The notes beneath the pieces are model-generated. The model was not told the origin of the DNA and did not search any database. It was given only the letters and a program-made list of their open reading frames with translations. DNA of 64,000 nucleotides. It comes from Octopus bimaculoides (Eukaryota). Shown here piece by piece: positions 1-12,789 of this stretch. Position 1 is the first letter of the stretch. The number at the start of each line of letters is the position of its first letter. A program made the position numbers and the translations under genes. The stretch covers positions 179,419,895 through 179,483,894 of the forward strand of contig NC_068982.1 of assembly GCF_001194135.2 (NCBI RefSeq), written 5' to 3'.

Positions 1-157
1 AGCTTAGTTATATTAATCGAGTTACATTTTCCGCAGTATGTTGCGTTGAAACACTTTTTTCTACTTCATTTAAATGTATTATACATATACTTCTACATAT
101 TTTCTATCTATAATGAATTAAGTGTGTGAATATATGTGAGTTTATGTATGTGTGTGC

Positions 158-226
<69 letters not shown>

Positions 227-754
227 ATTAGAGGAAGAGAGAGAGTAAGTGAGTGTGTGTATACATGAGTAACTGAGTACATAGTTTTCTTCCTATAATC
301 ATTTGCCACCTAACTTCACTATTCTTATCTATTAGTGTTGTAACTATTCCAAAATCTATCAACATTTAAGTTTTTATTTAGTTTGATGAGTTTTTAACTT
401 TGTGGGGGAATAAAATTGATTTGATGGAGTTTTTTTTTATATATTACTTCATCACACTTGTTTTCTTTTTTTTTCTTTTGAATTTTCTTACAGTAGAGTC
501 TAACCATGATATCATTCAAACATATTTGTTGTCACTGTGTTCTCTCTTTAAATGAAAAAATAAACAACAAAAATTTGTTATTTATGCGAGAATTACTTTA
601 AGTGTTTCTCATTAACTAATGTACAGCCATTTTAGCAACAGAGATACACTGCCAACTATTATGGCACCACACCCTTATCTTTGAACTTCATATAAGGTTG
701 ATATTTTTTTCACCCTTATAGAGATAAAAATAACATATTATTTGACATGATTTC

Positions 755-758
755 CTAC
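755..758 (-). CDS. Candidate terminal coding exon (completes Arg, then TAG) of the minus-strand small-exon gene
   Basis: Strong acceptor on minus strand (ttctaattattgttctcttcctactcatcacgttacag|G TAG). It accepts the phase-2 end of exon 1476-1579, giving ...PVDFR*. An alternative exon starting at 1266 gives ...RKISSRL*, so this is unresolved. Confidence 0.3.
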
Positions 759-1475
759 CTGTAACGTGATGAGTAGGAAGAGAACAATAATTAGAAATGC
801 TAGCCAAGCTTGATATACGCAGTAACTGCAAAGTTTTCGCAACTATTAATGTTTTCCGAATTAACAAACCCTTGCTACATGTGATTACGTTAAAATCACT
901 GGAGTCATAATGACTGTTATTGTTATCTCAAATAAAACACCATCAATAGTCATGTAATTTCATTATTTCAAAATTATGTCAGCAATTAATACTGATAAAA
1001 ATATAACGACTTCATAAATTTGACGATACAAAAAAAAAAGACTAAAAAATATTTCTTAATTAATTAATAGAAACACGACTTAGCGAAGACATATGACTGT
1101 TTTAATATTTTTTTTTTTTTAAGCGAAGCAAATATGTATTTTTAACCTCACTGAAAATTAGTAACTCTGGTTAAATCATATTCTTTCTCTGAGACCCGGA
1201 AAAATTGAGTGGTTTCGGCGTTTTTTTTTCTTCTTTATTCTTCATCAGAGTCGGCTACTTATTTTCCTGATCACAAGGACAATAATAACCTATAGCTATT
1301 TATAGAATTCACAAATTTGGATAGAATTAAATTTACATAACGTTGCAAATATTTGCATTACTCAACATTTATTTCTGTTCTAGATGGAAATGTAAGTTGA
1401 AGTTACACTTGTACTGCTATGCAAATTAAAATATTTCATTTTAATTTTATCCGTGCTTGTATATACTAAACATAC

Positions 1476-1579
1476 CTAAAGTCTACTGGTCTCCTTGCAT
1501 GGTCAGAAAAATTAGTAAGAAATGTCTGGTAAAGCGATAAAAAACAGTTTAACTCGTCAGGCCGATCTCCTTTTCCTGA
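1476..1579 (-). CDS. Candidate internal exon, 104 nt, phase 0 to 2: SGKGDRPDELNCFLSLYQTFLTNFSDHARRPVDF
   Basis: Acceptor tgtttttcactcaacag, donor AG|gtatgt. Only one frame is open and it matches the phase-0 end of exon 1945-1968. GC looks higher than the flanks. Confidence 0.55.
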
Positions 1580-1944
1580 CTGTTGAGTGAAAAACATTCA
1601 GTTAAATCACTTCATGCCAAAACTAAAATATGTGCTTCCCTAAAAATTGATGCACCTAATTTTACAGCTATATTTATCACAAAAGCAGAATAATAAACAC
1701 TGCCGTGTTTCTATTAATTAATTAACCTTGTTAACGTTTGCACCGTTAGGCAAATTATCAAACCAATTTTGTTCTAATGGGTCTATGTATACTATAAATA
1801 GCAATATACTACTATTCTCCTTGTAGTTGCAATATGAATAACCGAACTTTGATAAAGCAGTTAAAATCGGTGAAGCTATTCACGTGGACCTCTCTTTCTT
1901 GGTTAAAGACAGAAAAAGATATTCGGTTTAACCACAGTACTTAC

Positions 1945-1968
1945 TTTTCTCAGCGAAGCTAGTAATGC
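1945..1968 (-). CDS. Candidate micro-exon, 24 nt, phase 0-0: ALLASLRK
   Basis: Acceptor tttttattttttgtcaacag, donor gtaagt; both near consensus. Confidence 0.55.
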
Positions 1969-2246
1969 CTGTTGACAAAAAATAAAAATCCATAAATATA
2001 CCTTACATCTGTATTTATTCTAACTTAATATCCATTTATTAATGCATTGCTATTGCCATTTGATAAGATAAATCCCCTTTACGCTTCACATATTAACTAA
2101 CAATTAAATTCTCTTCACGAGAAACTAACAAAATTATCTTTAATTTAGTATTGAAGATAAAATAAATTCAATATGCCTGTGTAAAATCATATTAAGATTT
2201 TCATTGCTTTAAAAGCTTTTAATTTTCACTTGTTTTCTATACTTAC

Positions 2247-2306
2247 AATGAGGCTGATTAAAGACTTCTCATTCTTTGTATTTTCTCTTTCCTTCCGATA
2301 AAATTG
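2247..2306 (-). CDS. Candidate exon, 60 nt, phase 0-0: QFYRKERENTKNEKSLISLI
   Basis: Donor gtaagt; acceptor gacttaaccgacacatttag has a weak pyrimidine tract; open in the required phase. Confidence 0.45.
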
Positions 2307-3258
2307 CTAAATGTGTCGGTTAAGTCACAATCCCTCTCGAGACATCCGGCTTCATAATAACTCCAACAAACGCACAGAAATGCTAAGCCAAATCCGAAAG
2401 AAAGAGAAAAATAAAAGACGTCAATAAAATCGACATAATTTAAAAAGCTATTTTACCAAACGAAAAGCGAAATGACTAGAAAGCAATTTACTCTGCTTTG
2501 TTATTGATTATTTTTGTTGACTTTCAGCTGAATATTTTGAATAAAGGGTTTGAGAAAGAAAATCCCCTGTAAACATTTCTCTAATTCATGTTTGCTCTCA
2601 AACATTCAGTTAAAAAGTCATGTTGTGTCCACGTAATGGGCTCAAATGGGAAAATAACTTAAGCTGACTGCAAAGTACATTAATGTTTTAGTCATTGTCA
2701 AACATTAAATAGTATTAAAGTTATTTAGTTTCACACAGTATGAATAAACGTACCTGATTTAAATAAAGTCATGGCAAAAAAGAAAAGAGCGAGAGAGCGA
2801 GAGAGAGAAAGAGAGAGAGTGGAAGTGTTTTTGTTCGTACATTAGACAACGTTTAGTAGATATCACAAAACAGCTTTTGATAGTTTCGGCTATAACCTAG
2901 TAATATAAGATCAGTTGGTATTATATCTATCTATAAGACTAAATATAAAAGTAGAACAAATACAGTGAATGTGAGGCACTTGACACTGGAAATAGAAAAA
3001 CTAATGGGTACCATCAGCTTGTCGTCACAACTAAAAGATATCAATTAATAACATGAAACTAAATATCGTCCCTTGAGATTGAAACTGCTTCGTTTGACTG
3101 ATATTTGAGGCATAACCCAACGCTTCATGATAACTCGAGATAGGAAAATTATGATGAGATAATTATAATAGCAGGTGAATAAATACTATTTCTTGTAGGT
3201 TTGTTGTTGAAGATGCTGTTATTATGTCTGCCATCCCTGGCTGTCAATATTTCCTTAC

Positions 3259-3269
3259 CATATATCTAG
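3259..3269 (-). CDS. Candidate micro-exon, 11 nt, phase 1 to 0: (S)RYM
   Basis: Acceptor gttctattttcag, donor ATG|gtaagg; phase fits both neighbours. Confidence 0.4.
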
Positions 3270-3445
3270 CTGAAAATAGAACTTTGCATATCACAGACAC
3301 ATATGGCAGTAGCCTGAGGTGCTGTTGAATAACATATCATTTGTAGCTATCACTTTCTTAAACTTAGGATTCTTTTTGGTTGTTGATATACATTAAACAC
3401 TTATGGCTACTATCTAACACCATTTGCTGATATTCTCATTCATAC

Positions 3446-3479
3446 ATATGCTAATACCAATTTTGCAATCACTTGCTTT
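3446..3479 (-). CDS. Candidate micro-exon, 34 nt, phase 0 to 1: KASDCKIGISI
   Basis: Strong acceptor ctctatatttcattttgtcacag, donor gtatga; the upstream intron is only 65 nt. Confidence 0.5.
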
Positions 3480-3544
3480 CTGTGACAAAATGAAATATAG
3501 AGAATTTTAACTATCCTAAGGATGAAAAACTTCAAACTTCTCAC

Positions 3545-3561
3545 CTCAGTTTCAGCGAAAA
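3545..3561 (-). CDS. Candidate micro-exon, 17 nt, phase 1 to 0: (I)FAETE
   Basis: Acceptor atatcttctgtag, donor GAG|gtgaga. An alternative 36-nt version exists; I chose the 17-nt one for phase compatibility. Confidence 0.4.
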
Positions 3562-3896
3562 CTACAGAAGATATTTCACACTAAAAGCTTCAGCATTCAA
3601 AGTAATAGAACAATTACTATAGTTCAACTATCTAAGGAATATTATATCTGGGTCTAATGCGAAATATCTGAATATTTGAGAGTTATTGTCAGGAAAATTG
3701 TTCATCAAAATCGAATATTTTTAGACTGTAAATTCCTTCCCTTGAACAAATTTACTAAACGTATCAAAAAAGAAAACTGAAGCATATTTATATAAATAAT
3801 ACGTAAATACATTTTTTATATAAAGCTAAATTCACGGAAATATTTGTATTCTGTCTGCATTTAGCGATTCCTCTTCATTTTATATTCGCATCATAC

Positions 3897-3932
3897 TTTC
3901 CTGGCTTAAAAGTTCATAACAAAAAGAAATAG
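3897..3932 (-). CDS. Candidate exon, 36 nt, phase 1-1: (A)ISFCYELLSQE
   Basis: Acceptor gtacttctcag, donor gtatga; the only open frame equals the phase delivered by exon 4163-4227. Confidence 0.4.
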
Positions 3933-4162
3933 CTGAGAAGTACTTCCATATATAAGAATTGAAACTAGATATACATTCACGGCTTCTTTGAGAAACACAA
4001 TATTCTTTCTAGGTTGATTATAGAGACTAAGAGAAGATCATTGAGATCTTTTTCTGGCTTCCTTCTCATTCAAACAGCAGTACGGAGGTTCTTTATTTAT
4101 TTTTAGAGCTCAAACAAAAGCGTAATAACAGACGTATGTTTAAAAAATGTATCAGTTTTCAC

Positions 4163-4227
4163 CTCTTAGGTTTTGATGCAACTTCAATGTTGTTTCAACG
4201 AAATCAATGAAGGATGCCGAATGTTTA
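4163..4227 (-). CDS. Candidate exon, 65 nt, phase 2 to 1: KHSASFIDFVETTLKLHQNLR
   Basis: Acceptor gtatcttag, donor GAG|gtgaaa; lies inside track ORF 4152..4358; the 5' boundary is uncertain. Confidence 0.45.
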
Positions 4228-4310
4228 CTAAGATACTTAACAAACAGCTCCACCTTACATGAGATAATCTCTGTGTGTGTGTGCGTGCGCGTGTATGTAC
4301 AGTATATATA

Positions 4311-5748
4311 TAGGGATGAACAAAATAATGAAAATATCATGTAAAATGGAAGTTTCATTTTTTACTACTGAGTTGATTCACCTTTGCCATCATTTTTAAT
4401 GCATCGAGAAGGTGACTTGTACGGATTCTGAACAGTTGTTAAAGAGATTTTTAGTCATTCTTCGAGTAAAACCTGATTTAGTTCTTTCAGTGAAGATGGC
4501 AGCGGAAAACAGCTCCTGACTTGCTGCTTCAAAATGCACCATAAATGCTTGACGATATTGAGATCCGGCGATTAGTGGAGGTAGTAGTGGTTGTGGTGGG
4601 GATTTCAATTGATCTTTTTCACTTTTATGTTCTTCATACCAATTTTGAATAACATTAGCTGTGGGAATAAGTGCATTATTGTCCTACAAGATTGTGCTAC
4701 TATCAGGCGTCTACGTTTGTCCCATAGGATGGACATGGTTTATCAAATTACTCACACCAACTTTGGTGTTAACTCCGACATGTAGAACAACTAAAGCGCC
4801 AAGAGAATTTTGTGAGATGGTCGCTCAAATCAATACAAAACCACTTCCATGATTCCCAGTAGGTGCCAATCAGTCAGGGTCGAACGTTTTATAAGCTTAG
4901 CGGAGGTGCGTAGCTTAGTGGTTAGGGTGTTGGACTCATGATCGTGTAGTTGTGGTTTCGATTCCTGGACCGGGCGACACGTTGTGTTCTCGAGCAAAAC
5001 ACTTCGTTTCACGTTGCTCCAGACCACTGGAGAAAATGTGTAATCCTGCGACGGACCAGCAGCCCGTCCTGGCAGGGAATTTATACACCATGGAAATCAG
5101 GAAACGGGCCCTTGTGAGTCGGCATGACAAGAAAAGGTAACTAACTTTAGCTTCATAAACTCACCCTGAAGTGAAAGAAAGTGTGAATGAGGAGTGAATA
5201 AGGATTCAACGAAGATGACATTGTTCTCAATGAACCAGTAACCACCACTTCCGATTATCAATGTTAACGAGGAACAGGAGAGGTTTAGCAACTGCAGCCT
5301 CGCATGGAATCCTTCATTACGGAGCTCACGAGGAGCAGTTTTCGTTAATACAGAGTTAGCAAGGTGGTAGTTTAGTTCTGCTGACAGTTTTGCAGCCATA
5401 ATTCCATGACTTTTATATCCAATACATTTCACTGCTCTGCGGCCCCTCTCTGTGGGCTTTATCGTCCTTCCGGAATTATATTTACTAAATCTGGGTGAAC
5501 TTTGGTTTTGGAATATCAACATGATTTTAGAGACTGCGCTTATTGAAACATTAAAGAATTCATCCGTTTTAGTGACTAAAGCTCCAGCCATCTGCACTCC
5601 AAAGAGCAATATAAGTAAGTACAAGACATACATAATGCGCAACAACAATATAAAAACCGAAAGGAACAGTTCTGAATTTGTCATATTCCCAATAGAAAAA
5701 AATAGTTAAATAAAAGGTGATGTTTCTATTATTTTGTCCAACACTTGT
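4311..5748 (-). mobile_element. Degenerate, near full-length Tc1-family DNA transposon interrupted by a SINE
   Basis: Minus strand encodes an HTH region (GRTIKPTERGRRAVK...AAKLSAELNYHL...TKTAPREL) and, after the SINE, frameshifted catalytic remnants (QDNNALIPTANVIQNWYEEH...LNIVKHLWCILKQQVRSCFP). Imperfect TIRs at ~4311-4338 and ~5719-5748 (core caaaataat-gaaa). Confidence 0.85.
4900..5145 (+). mobile_element. tRNA-derived SINE (family C) inserted in the Tc1 element
   Basis: A-box/B-box-like head (agcttagtggttagggtg...ggtttcgattcc); same body as 10867-11120 and 55010-55260. Confidence 0.85.
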
Positions 5749-6408
5749 GCATTATGCATACATATACATATANNNNNNNNNNNNNNNNNNNNNNNNNNNN
5801 NNNNNNNNNNNNNNNNNNNNNNNNNNNNNNNNNNNNNNNNNNNNNNNNNNNNNNNNNNNNNNNNNNNNNNNNNNNNNNNNNNNNNNNNNNNNNNNNNNNN
5901 NNNNNNNNNNNNNNNNNNNNNNNNNNNNNNNNNNNNNNNNNNNNNNNNNNNNNNNNNNNNNNNNNNNNNNNNNNNNNNNNNNNNNNNNNNNNNNNNNNNN
6001 NNNNNNNNNNNNNNNNNNNNNNNNNNNNNNNNNTATATATATATATATATATATATATTTCACATAATGCTGGTGTGAGAAATATTATCGAGGGGCGAAT
6101 GATGGAATTTTATCTTCATGGTGGTGTGTTAATTTCGAAATAACAAAAATAAATAAATAAATAAATAAATAAATAAATCATCGATGTAGATAAGGAAAAG
6201 CATAGGGACATGATAAAGCCCTGAGGCACGTAATTGTTAATATAACGTTGATACATGCTGTTTAATAGATGAGATATGAGTGAAGCGTATAAGCTGACAA
6301 TTTTACGAGGAGATTACGATACGAAATACGGTTGTACTGTTGTCAAAAATAACAATCTTGCTCTTGGTGAAGTTCTCCAGGGCGGAATAGCATTGATGTG
6401 TAACATAC

Positions 6409-6442
6409 AATAGTAGATTTGCGCCAAAAGAAAAGAATGAGA
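6409..6442 (-). CDS. Candidate bridging exon, 34 nt, phase 1 to 2: (I)SFFSFGANLL
   Basis: Acceptor gattttttttatcacgtag, donor gtatgt; links 10093-10129 to 4163-4227 in frame; picked post hoc. Confidence 0.3.
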
Positions 6443-6861
6443 CTACGTGATAAAAAAAATCTTGTGGTTTACAGCATCTATATACCTCAGAGATGGAAGA
6501 AATGCATGCAGTTATCGAGTATATGTTGAGCTTGTGTGGACAGGTGTGTGTGTGAATTTGCTGTATACTGGGTGTCACAGGAAATAGTAGGTTTGTGTGT
6601 GTGCGTTTGTGTGTGTGCGTTTGTGTGTTTGTACTTGTGTCATAAATAGCTCTGGGTATATAAATGTGTATTTGGATTTTAGTGTGTATATTAATGTTAA
6701 TTCATATATGTAGCCGGTGTCGTGTGTGAGAGTTTATGCTTCTGACTTTTACAGAAGCGTATAAATATGTTGTTGATAATTGTCAGAAAGCAAGAGTTGA
6801 ATGTCAACTTCTGATATGAAAAATACACATACACACACACAACTCATAAACATTTTTCTGT

Positions 6862-7190
6862 TCTTTCAGTCATTTGTCTGCGACCATGCTGGAGCACCGC
6901 CTTTAGTTGAACAAATTGACCCCAGGATTTATTCTTTGTAAACCTAGTACTTATTCTATCGTTGTCTTTTGCCGAACTGCTAAGTTACGGGGAGGTAAAC
7001 ACACCAGCATCGGTTGTTAAGCGATGGTGGAGGGACAAACACAGACACACACAGACACAGACACAGACACACACACACGCATATATATATATATATATAT
7101 ATACGACGGGCTTCTTTCAGTTTCCGTCTACCAAATCCACTCACAAGGCTTTGGTCGGCACGAGACTATAGAAGAAGGCACTTGCCCATG
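6862..7190 (-). mobile_element. tRNA-derived SINE (family A, internal CA/TA microsatellite), head truncated
   Basis: Shared blocks catgctggagcaccgcctttag, ttattctttgtaaacctagtacttattctatc and gacgggcttctttcagtttccgtc, also seen at 13.3, 26.3, 27.7, 58.2 and 61.8 kb. Confidence 0.85.
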
Positions 7191-7800
7191 TATAAAGGAA
7201 TACAAAAAATTTGACAAGAACGCAAAACAGCCAGACAGATGATATAAAAAAAGGACAAGTAAAAACAAGGACGCGACATTCGAAGTTTTCTTTCCTCAGT
7301 CGAGTTCCAGATTATCTTTGCAATGGAAGAAAGCAGCGAATGTATACGAAAACAAACACGGAAAAAATCGGAGAAATGGTACACAAATACAAATAACAGG
7401 ACATAACAACGGGTGTCTTTCGAATCAAATTAAACTGACGTGTGTGGAAGTGAAGCCTTACGGCAGGGACATAGAAGATGACAGGCATGGGGAGGAATAT
7501 AGATGTTGCACGGATGGTAGTCGAACCAAGAAAGAAAGGTCAGACTTGGCCGAATACCGGTCACGTGGAGAGAGGGGAGAGAGGTAGAAGCAGAGGGATA
7601 GAAGAATTAGGGAGGGAGGAGAAAAAAGAAAAGGGACGGACAGAGTGAAGTGAAAGAGGAGAGAATGTGAGAATGAAGAGAAAACCTGGAAATGTGAGAG
7701 GGGGAACGAAAGAAAAAAGAGTGGAAAGAAACGAAATAAGTGTGAAGGGGCTGTTAGAAAGAAAGAAAGAAGGAATGAAAGAATAAGAGAGTCGTACAAA

Positions 7801-7865
<65 letters not shown>

Positions 7866-7889
7866 GTTGTGTGGAGAGCTAACATGGGA

Positions 7890-8060
7890 ACTTAACAAGA
7901 CATGGCGACTAAGTAGCGGATACGGTTTACATAGGCCATGTGCATCGATTCCAGCAAGAGAGACATGCAAACATCGTGATGGAGTGGATGCCGGAAGAAG
8001 GAAAAAGTACCGAGAGGAAAATCACAAAGACATTGCGCAGTACGTTCAAGGATGACATAA
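7890..8060 (+). mobile_element. RTE-clade LINE 3' fragment
   Basis: Translates GHVHRFQQERHANIVMEWMPEEGKSTERKITKTLRSTFKDDI, resembling the RTE ORF C-terminus (GHV.R...W.P..GKR.RGRP). Confidence 0.6.
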
Positions 8061-8339
8061 TAACGATACATATGAAATAGGGAGTAATGAACAGTCGACA
8101 AATGAGGAGGAGTTAGACTTCTTTTGGTTTTTTGTCCCGTACTTCTCTCTCATTATGTGTTTACGTATTTTTCACTCCTTGGTGTTGTCCTCTTCTTCTT
8201 GTATATTTTTTCGTAATTCGTCCTGTACTTATCGCTCGTGTGTCTACGTAATTTTCACCTTTATAATCGTCAAAATTTATTTAAATCTAAAATTATACTT
8301 TCATAATATTTGTTAATTATTATAATGTGAATATCTAAA

Positions 8340-9350
8340 ATTTAGCTGACATGCCCTTTGCATTTTTCATGATCAGATGAAGAATATTGTCTTAACGAAT
8401 TTCATGCAATCTTCATGCAGTAATCTCAAACAAATTTGGATTTGAGGATGCTGTCTTGTCCATTATGCCCCAGAGGTGTTCAATAGGGTTCATATCTGGT
8501 GACTGGCTTGGCCATGGAAGCCTTCTAATGCCATTCTCTTCCAATGAATCTTAGGTCTTTTTAGCTGTATGACAAGGAGCCCCATCTTCCATAAATAGTT
8601 TTCTTTAATCATTTCATCACTGGGGAAGATTGAAAGGAGTCCTTTCTGCAATGTAGACACACATTTATCTGAGTTTATCTTACCCTCACACTCCACCAGC
8701 TCTGATCGACCTTTGCTCCGAATTGCTCCTCAAAGAGGCAACCTTTTCATATCAATTTCTTGATCACAAAGTCTCCAGACCCACACTCGACCACAGTCAG
8801 AAAATACAGCAAATCTGGACTCATCAAAGAATATGACAGTGCTCCAAAATGCTAGTGACCTCTTCACCATCTCACTGGCCCAAACTTTTCTCCGCTTCAT
8901 ATTGGCTGCTTGAAGAAGTGGCTTCCTTCTTGCTGCTCTGCTATAATAGCCAAGTTTGTGAAGATATTTGACAGCTGTTCTGAGACTGATATCAACATGT
9001 TTTGCTATGCCATAGGCCTTGCAACGAGGATTATCCTTCACATTTCTCTTAACAAAGCGAAGGGTTCTGTCAGAAGGCCTTGGTTGACCTGGGAAAGGTG
9101 ATGTGGACTCCTCCTCCTCTCTGGTGAATTGCACAATCACTCTATTAACTGTAGAAAGTAGGATCCCAATGTTTTCTGCGATTTTACGTTGACTAAGTCC
9201 ACCTTCAGATTGACCCACCATACGGCCACTTTGAAATTCGAACAGTTCCAAGGCTTCTTTTGTACGTGTTGCGATTAAACAGTCACATATAGAACCTGAA
9301 ACATAAAAATGTCTATTAACAAAAATTATAAACCTTTTCAATTTAATATA
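8340..9350 (-). mobile_element. Tc1-family transposase pseudogene, DD34E
   Basis: ORF 8730..9341 has a paired-like HTH, RRKPLL and VIFFDESRF. The frameshifted C-terminus [39 protein letters not shown] has 34 residues between D and E, plus an in-frame stop. Confidence 0.92.
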
Positions 9351-9394
9351 AGCATAAGATGGGGTGTCTATTTGCTTTTGTCATGTCCATGTAC

Positions 9395-9439
<45 letters not shown>

Positions 9440-10092
9440 NNNNNNNNNNNNNNNNNNNNNNNNNNNNNNNNNNNNNNNNNNNNNNNNNNNNNNNNNNNNN
9501 NNNNNNNNNNNNNNNNNNNNNNNNNNNNNNNNNNNNNNNNNNNNNNNNNNNNNNNNNNNNNNNNNNNNNNNNNNNNNNNNNNNNNNNNNNNNNNNNNNNN
9601 NNNNNNNNNNNNNNNNNNNNNNNNNNNNNNNNNNNNNNNNNNNNNNNNNNNNNNNNNNNNNNNNNNNNNNNNNNNNNNNNNNNNNNNNNNNNNNNNNNNN
9701 NNNNNNNNNNATATACATATATATATAAATATATACATATATATACATACATATACATACAATTTCTCCATTATATATATACATGTATGTATTATGTATG
9801 TATGTATGTAAGTATGTATGTATACACATATACATATGCATAAATATATCTATGTATAAGGCGGTCGACAGAAGAGTTTCACAAGTGTGGGATAATTTTC
9901 CAGTATTTTCATAGTTGTTTACGTTCTGGATTCGAAGCCTTTGTCTTTCGTTCTTCTGACGTCGAGGAATTAAAGTACCAGTGAAAGGCGAAGGATTGTT
10001 GAAATTGCTGAGAACTGGGCACGTGCCAATCATCATCGACCCCTGCATCTTTCCCTTGCTCAACATCAGTGACTTGGAGGGAGGTGACTTAC

Positions 10093-10129
10093 TGGTCCTC
10101 TGCATTAAAACATTGCACAGTCTAGTGTT
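10093..10129 (-). CDS. Candidate exon, 37 nt, phase 0 to 1: NTRLCNVLMQRT
   Basis: Acceptor atttaccggtttctctctag and donor gtaagt are both near consensus; the only open frame is phase 0, matching the end of 37486-37571. Confidence 0.45.
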
Positions 10130-10343
10130 CTAGAGAGAAACCGGTAAATCTTTGCATCTTAAATTTCTTAGAGTTCCAAACAATTCCGACATGTACTTCA
10201 TTTATTAATACAAGAATGATGAAAGGCAAAGTCGAGCTCTGCAAGATTTGAACTCAGAACGTAAAGAGCCAGCTAAGTTACTGAAAACATTCAGCAAATA
10301 TCCCTACGAGATTTCAGACTTAGAGATCTCAACCTGTGCTGTG

Positions 10344-10379
<36 letters not shown>

Positions 10380-10866
10380 ATTAACACACAAACTAATAAA
10401 CACACACACAAGACACTTCTCGGTGGTGGAGATAGGTTATGTAATAATACATATCTAATTTACATTAGCACAGTGTTATGTGTTTCTTATTTTTTTCCTA
10501 AAAAGAAACGAAACGCACCAGCGCAAGTAAAACTACCGAAAGTTAAGTGTAATATATGCACGCTCACAACAGCTCTAGCAGAATAAATGCAAATGAGTTA
10601 ACATTAAAAGTTTTCTACTTAGTGAAGTAGGAATTAAATATTAAATTAAATCTTGCATTATATAAAATTTTGTATGTTATTGACATATTAATGTTAATGT
10701 CACGTTTGCTCTAAGCAACATATTAAATTGCATCCGGTGGGGGAAGCTCAACTCAAGAGTTCATGAGAGAACTTCAAGACTAACTTTGTTTAGGTGTGAT
10801 AGTTCTTGTCAAGGACCCCAGTTATGTGTCAAATTGCAGAAGATGACCTTATGGCTGAGGCATACT

Positions 10867-11120
10867 AAAACAAAAGGCAAAGTTACCTTCTCGAGTCATA
10901 CTGACTCATAGGGGCCAGTTTCCTGGTTTCCATGGCGTATCAATTACCCATCTGGACGGCTCACTTGTCTCTTGCAGAATAACTTATTTTTGCCAGCTTA
11001 GTGGAACGTGAAATGAAGTGTTTCGTTCAAGAACACAATTTGTCGCCCAGTCCAGGAATCGAAACCACACTTTTATGATCATGAGTTCAACATCCTTAAC
11101 ACTAAACCACGCACTTCCAT
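10867..11120 (-). mobile_element. tRNA-derived SINE (family C) with 13-bp target-site duplication
   Basis: gctgaggcatact at 10854-10866 and 11121-11133 flanks a reverse copy of the 4900-5145 SINE. Confidence 0.9.
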
Positions 11121-11956
11121 GCTGAGGCATACTGGTGTCTCACACAGGTCCATCAGTGTTTGGACATAAACCGGTGTCACGCGAATTGTAAATAAACTGG
11201 CAGAAGGTAACGAGAAAGTATTGTATCATATCCAAGAAAAAAATTCGATAATCATCAAACTTTGGCATGATCTCCAATGTCTGTAGGTATAGCATCGGAA
11301 GAGAGAGACTGCCACGCTAATAATAGATATCTTGAGATAGAGCAAGGACCCTGAGGGTTGAAGTTTGCTACGGTTACAAAGAGTACCCCTTTACCTCTTG
11401 TTATATTTCGGATACTGAAATTGTAGCTGAAGAGATAACCACTCCGAAATGCACGCATCCAACAGTCTGATAAGGAAGTGGTGTGAACTGATTCGCTGTA
11501 TCTACATCTATCTGTCTACAGTGAGAAATTTTCTCCTTAAGAAATTACAGTGAATGGCTTTCATACGGGTTTGAATATGTCTCAAGCCTATATAATCTGG
11601 TAACAAGTTTCAATTTATACACTTCGCTCTTAGCTTTGTCACCCTGTATCATATATCTAAGATAATACCTCTGCATACACACAGACATTTGAAACTTCTT
11701 CTCAAAGTTATCGCTGTGAGAGCTACTTCAGTGACATCTGTCCCTTTAAAGTAACATAACCTTTTCGCCGAACACAGTTCACCTATCTCTTTTGTTATTC
11801 TGTCTCACACTTTAGTTCCCGCACTAAACATCTTAACTAATTAATTTTCTCCACAGTTTTATCCGCTCGACCTTTTACATAAATTCTACCACGTCAATTT
11901 CAACAGTCTACAGTCACGACGTCATCAGCAATTCTCTCTCCTTCCTCTCTCCCTCT

Positions 11957-11989
<33 letters not shown>

Positions 11990-12789
11990 GCTCATACATG
12001 TGTGCGTATGTGTGTCTTAATTTTAGAGTTATAACCAATCGAACAATAATACAATGCAATCAAGTTTCAACTTTATACACATACATATACACACATGTAC
12101 ACATACATACACACACACATACATACCTATATGCATACAAACATACATACATATATTCATAGGATTAAGTCATCTTGCCAGATGATTGTTGTTTCACATT
12201 CAGCCTGATTCTTCTGATTTACTTTTATCCCTGCTCGTGCGCCGATATGACTTTTCTCGCCACGCATCATCGCTATAGAGCTTTATAAACTACAAAACGG
12301 ATCAAGAAATGAAATGATAGTGCGATATCTGTACGTCATTGGATTTAAGTGATAAAAGCTTGTACAACACTTTTGCTAGTCTCTGGGTTGCCATTCACTC
12401 AGTCGCTGTAATATATATATAAAGCTTCAACAAGTAGAACTGCACTCGGTAAAGACAACGTTATAATGGAAATCATAAGTTTTGTGGAATACAGCTGCCC
12501 AGGATTTCGTGACCGAAACAGCAATTTCTTTTGCCATTTTTCAACCTGAGAACAAGACCGTTTGTTAGTTGCTTTCAAAGCAGAAGACGTTTGAACAAAG
12601 GAAGCTCATAGGGAAGAAGACAAAGTGGAAACACAAGTGAGATAACTAACGCTACAATAAACAAATGTCAAGAACAAAAAACTGAAACAAGATATTAATG
12701 GTTAACCAAGTATCTGGTGGCCTATTTTTAAGTTCTTGGAAGATGTATTTCTTAAAATGCGGGCATAAAGTAAATATCTCATTCCTGAA

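Noticed and set aside
1190-1250. CTGATGA...CCGAAAC hammerhead-like motif on the minus strand
   Set aside because: Neither stem II nor stem I can pair
1476-2306. Resemblance of ASL...G..D.P.....FL.L.Q to large helical ciliary proteins such as CFAP46, and of ASDCKIG.SI to BRO1-domain proteins
   Set aside because: Recalled from memory only, short and gapped; no gene symbol assigned without a profile search
2750-2790. AG|GT site resembling a recursive splice point
   Set aside because: Lies in an intron under 1 kb; such motifs arise by chance
4900-4980. tRNA-like heads here and at other SINEs as tRNA genes
   Set aside because: No complete cloverleaf; each continues into a repeated SINE body
11395-11515. 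Possible 121-nt exon (TDRCRYSESV...RNITR)
   Set aside because: Phase 0 to 1 conflicts with the stronger 10093-10129 exon; two frames are open, so it is not discriminating
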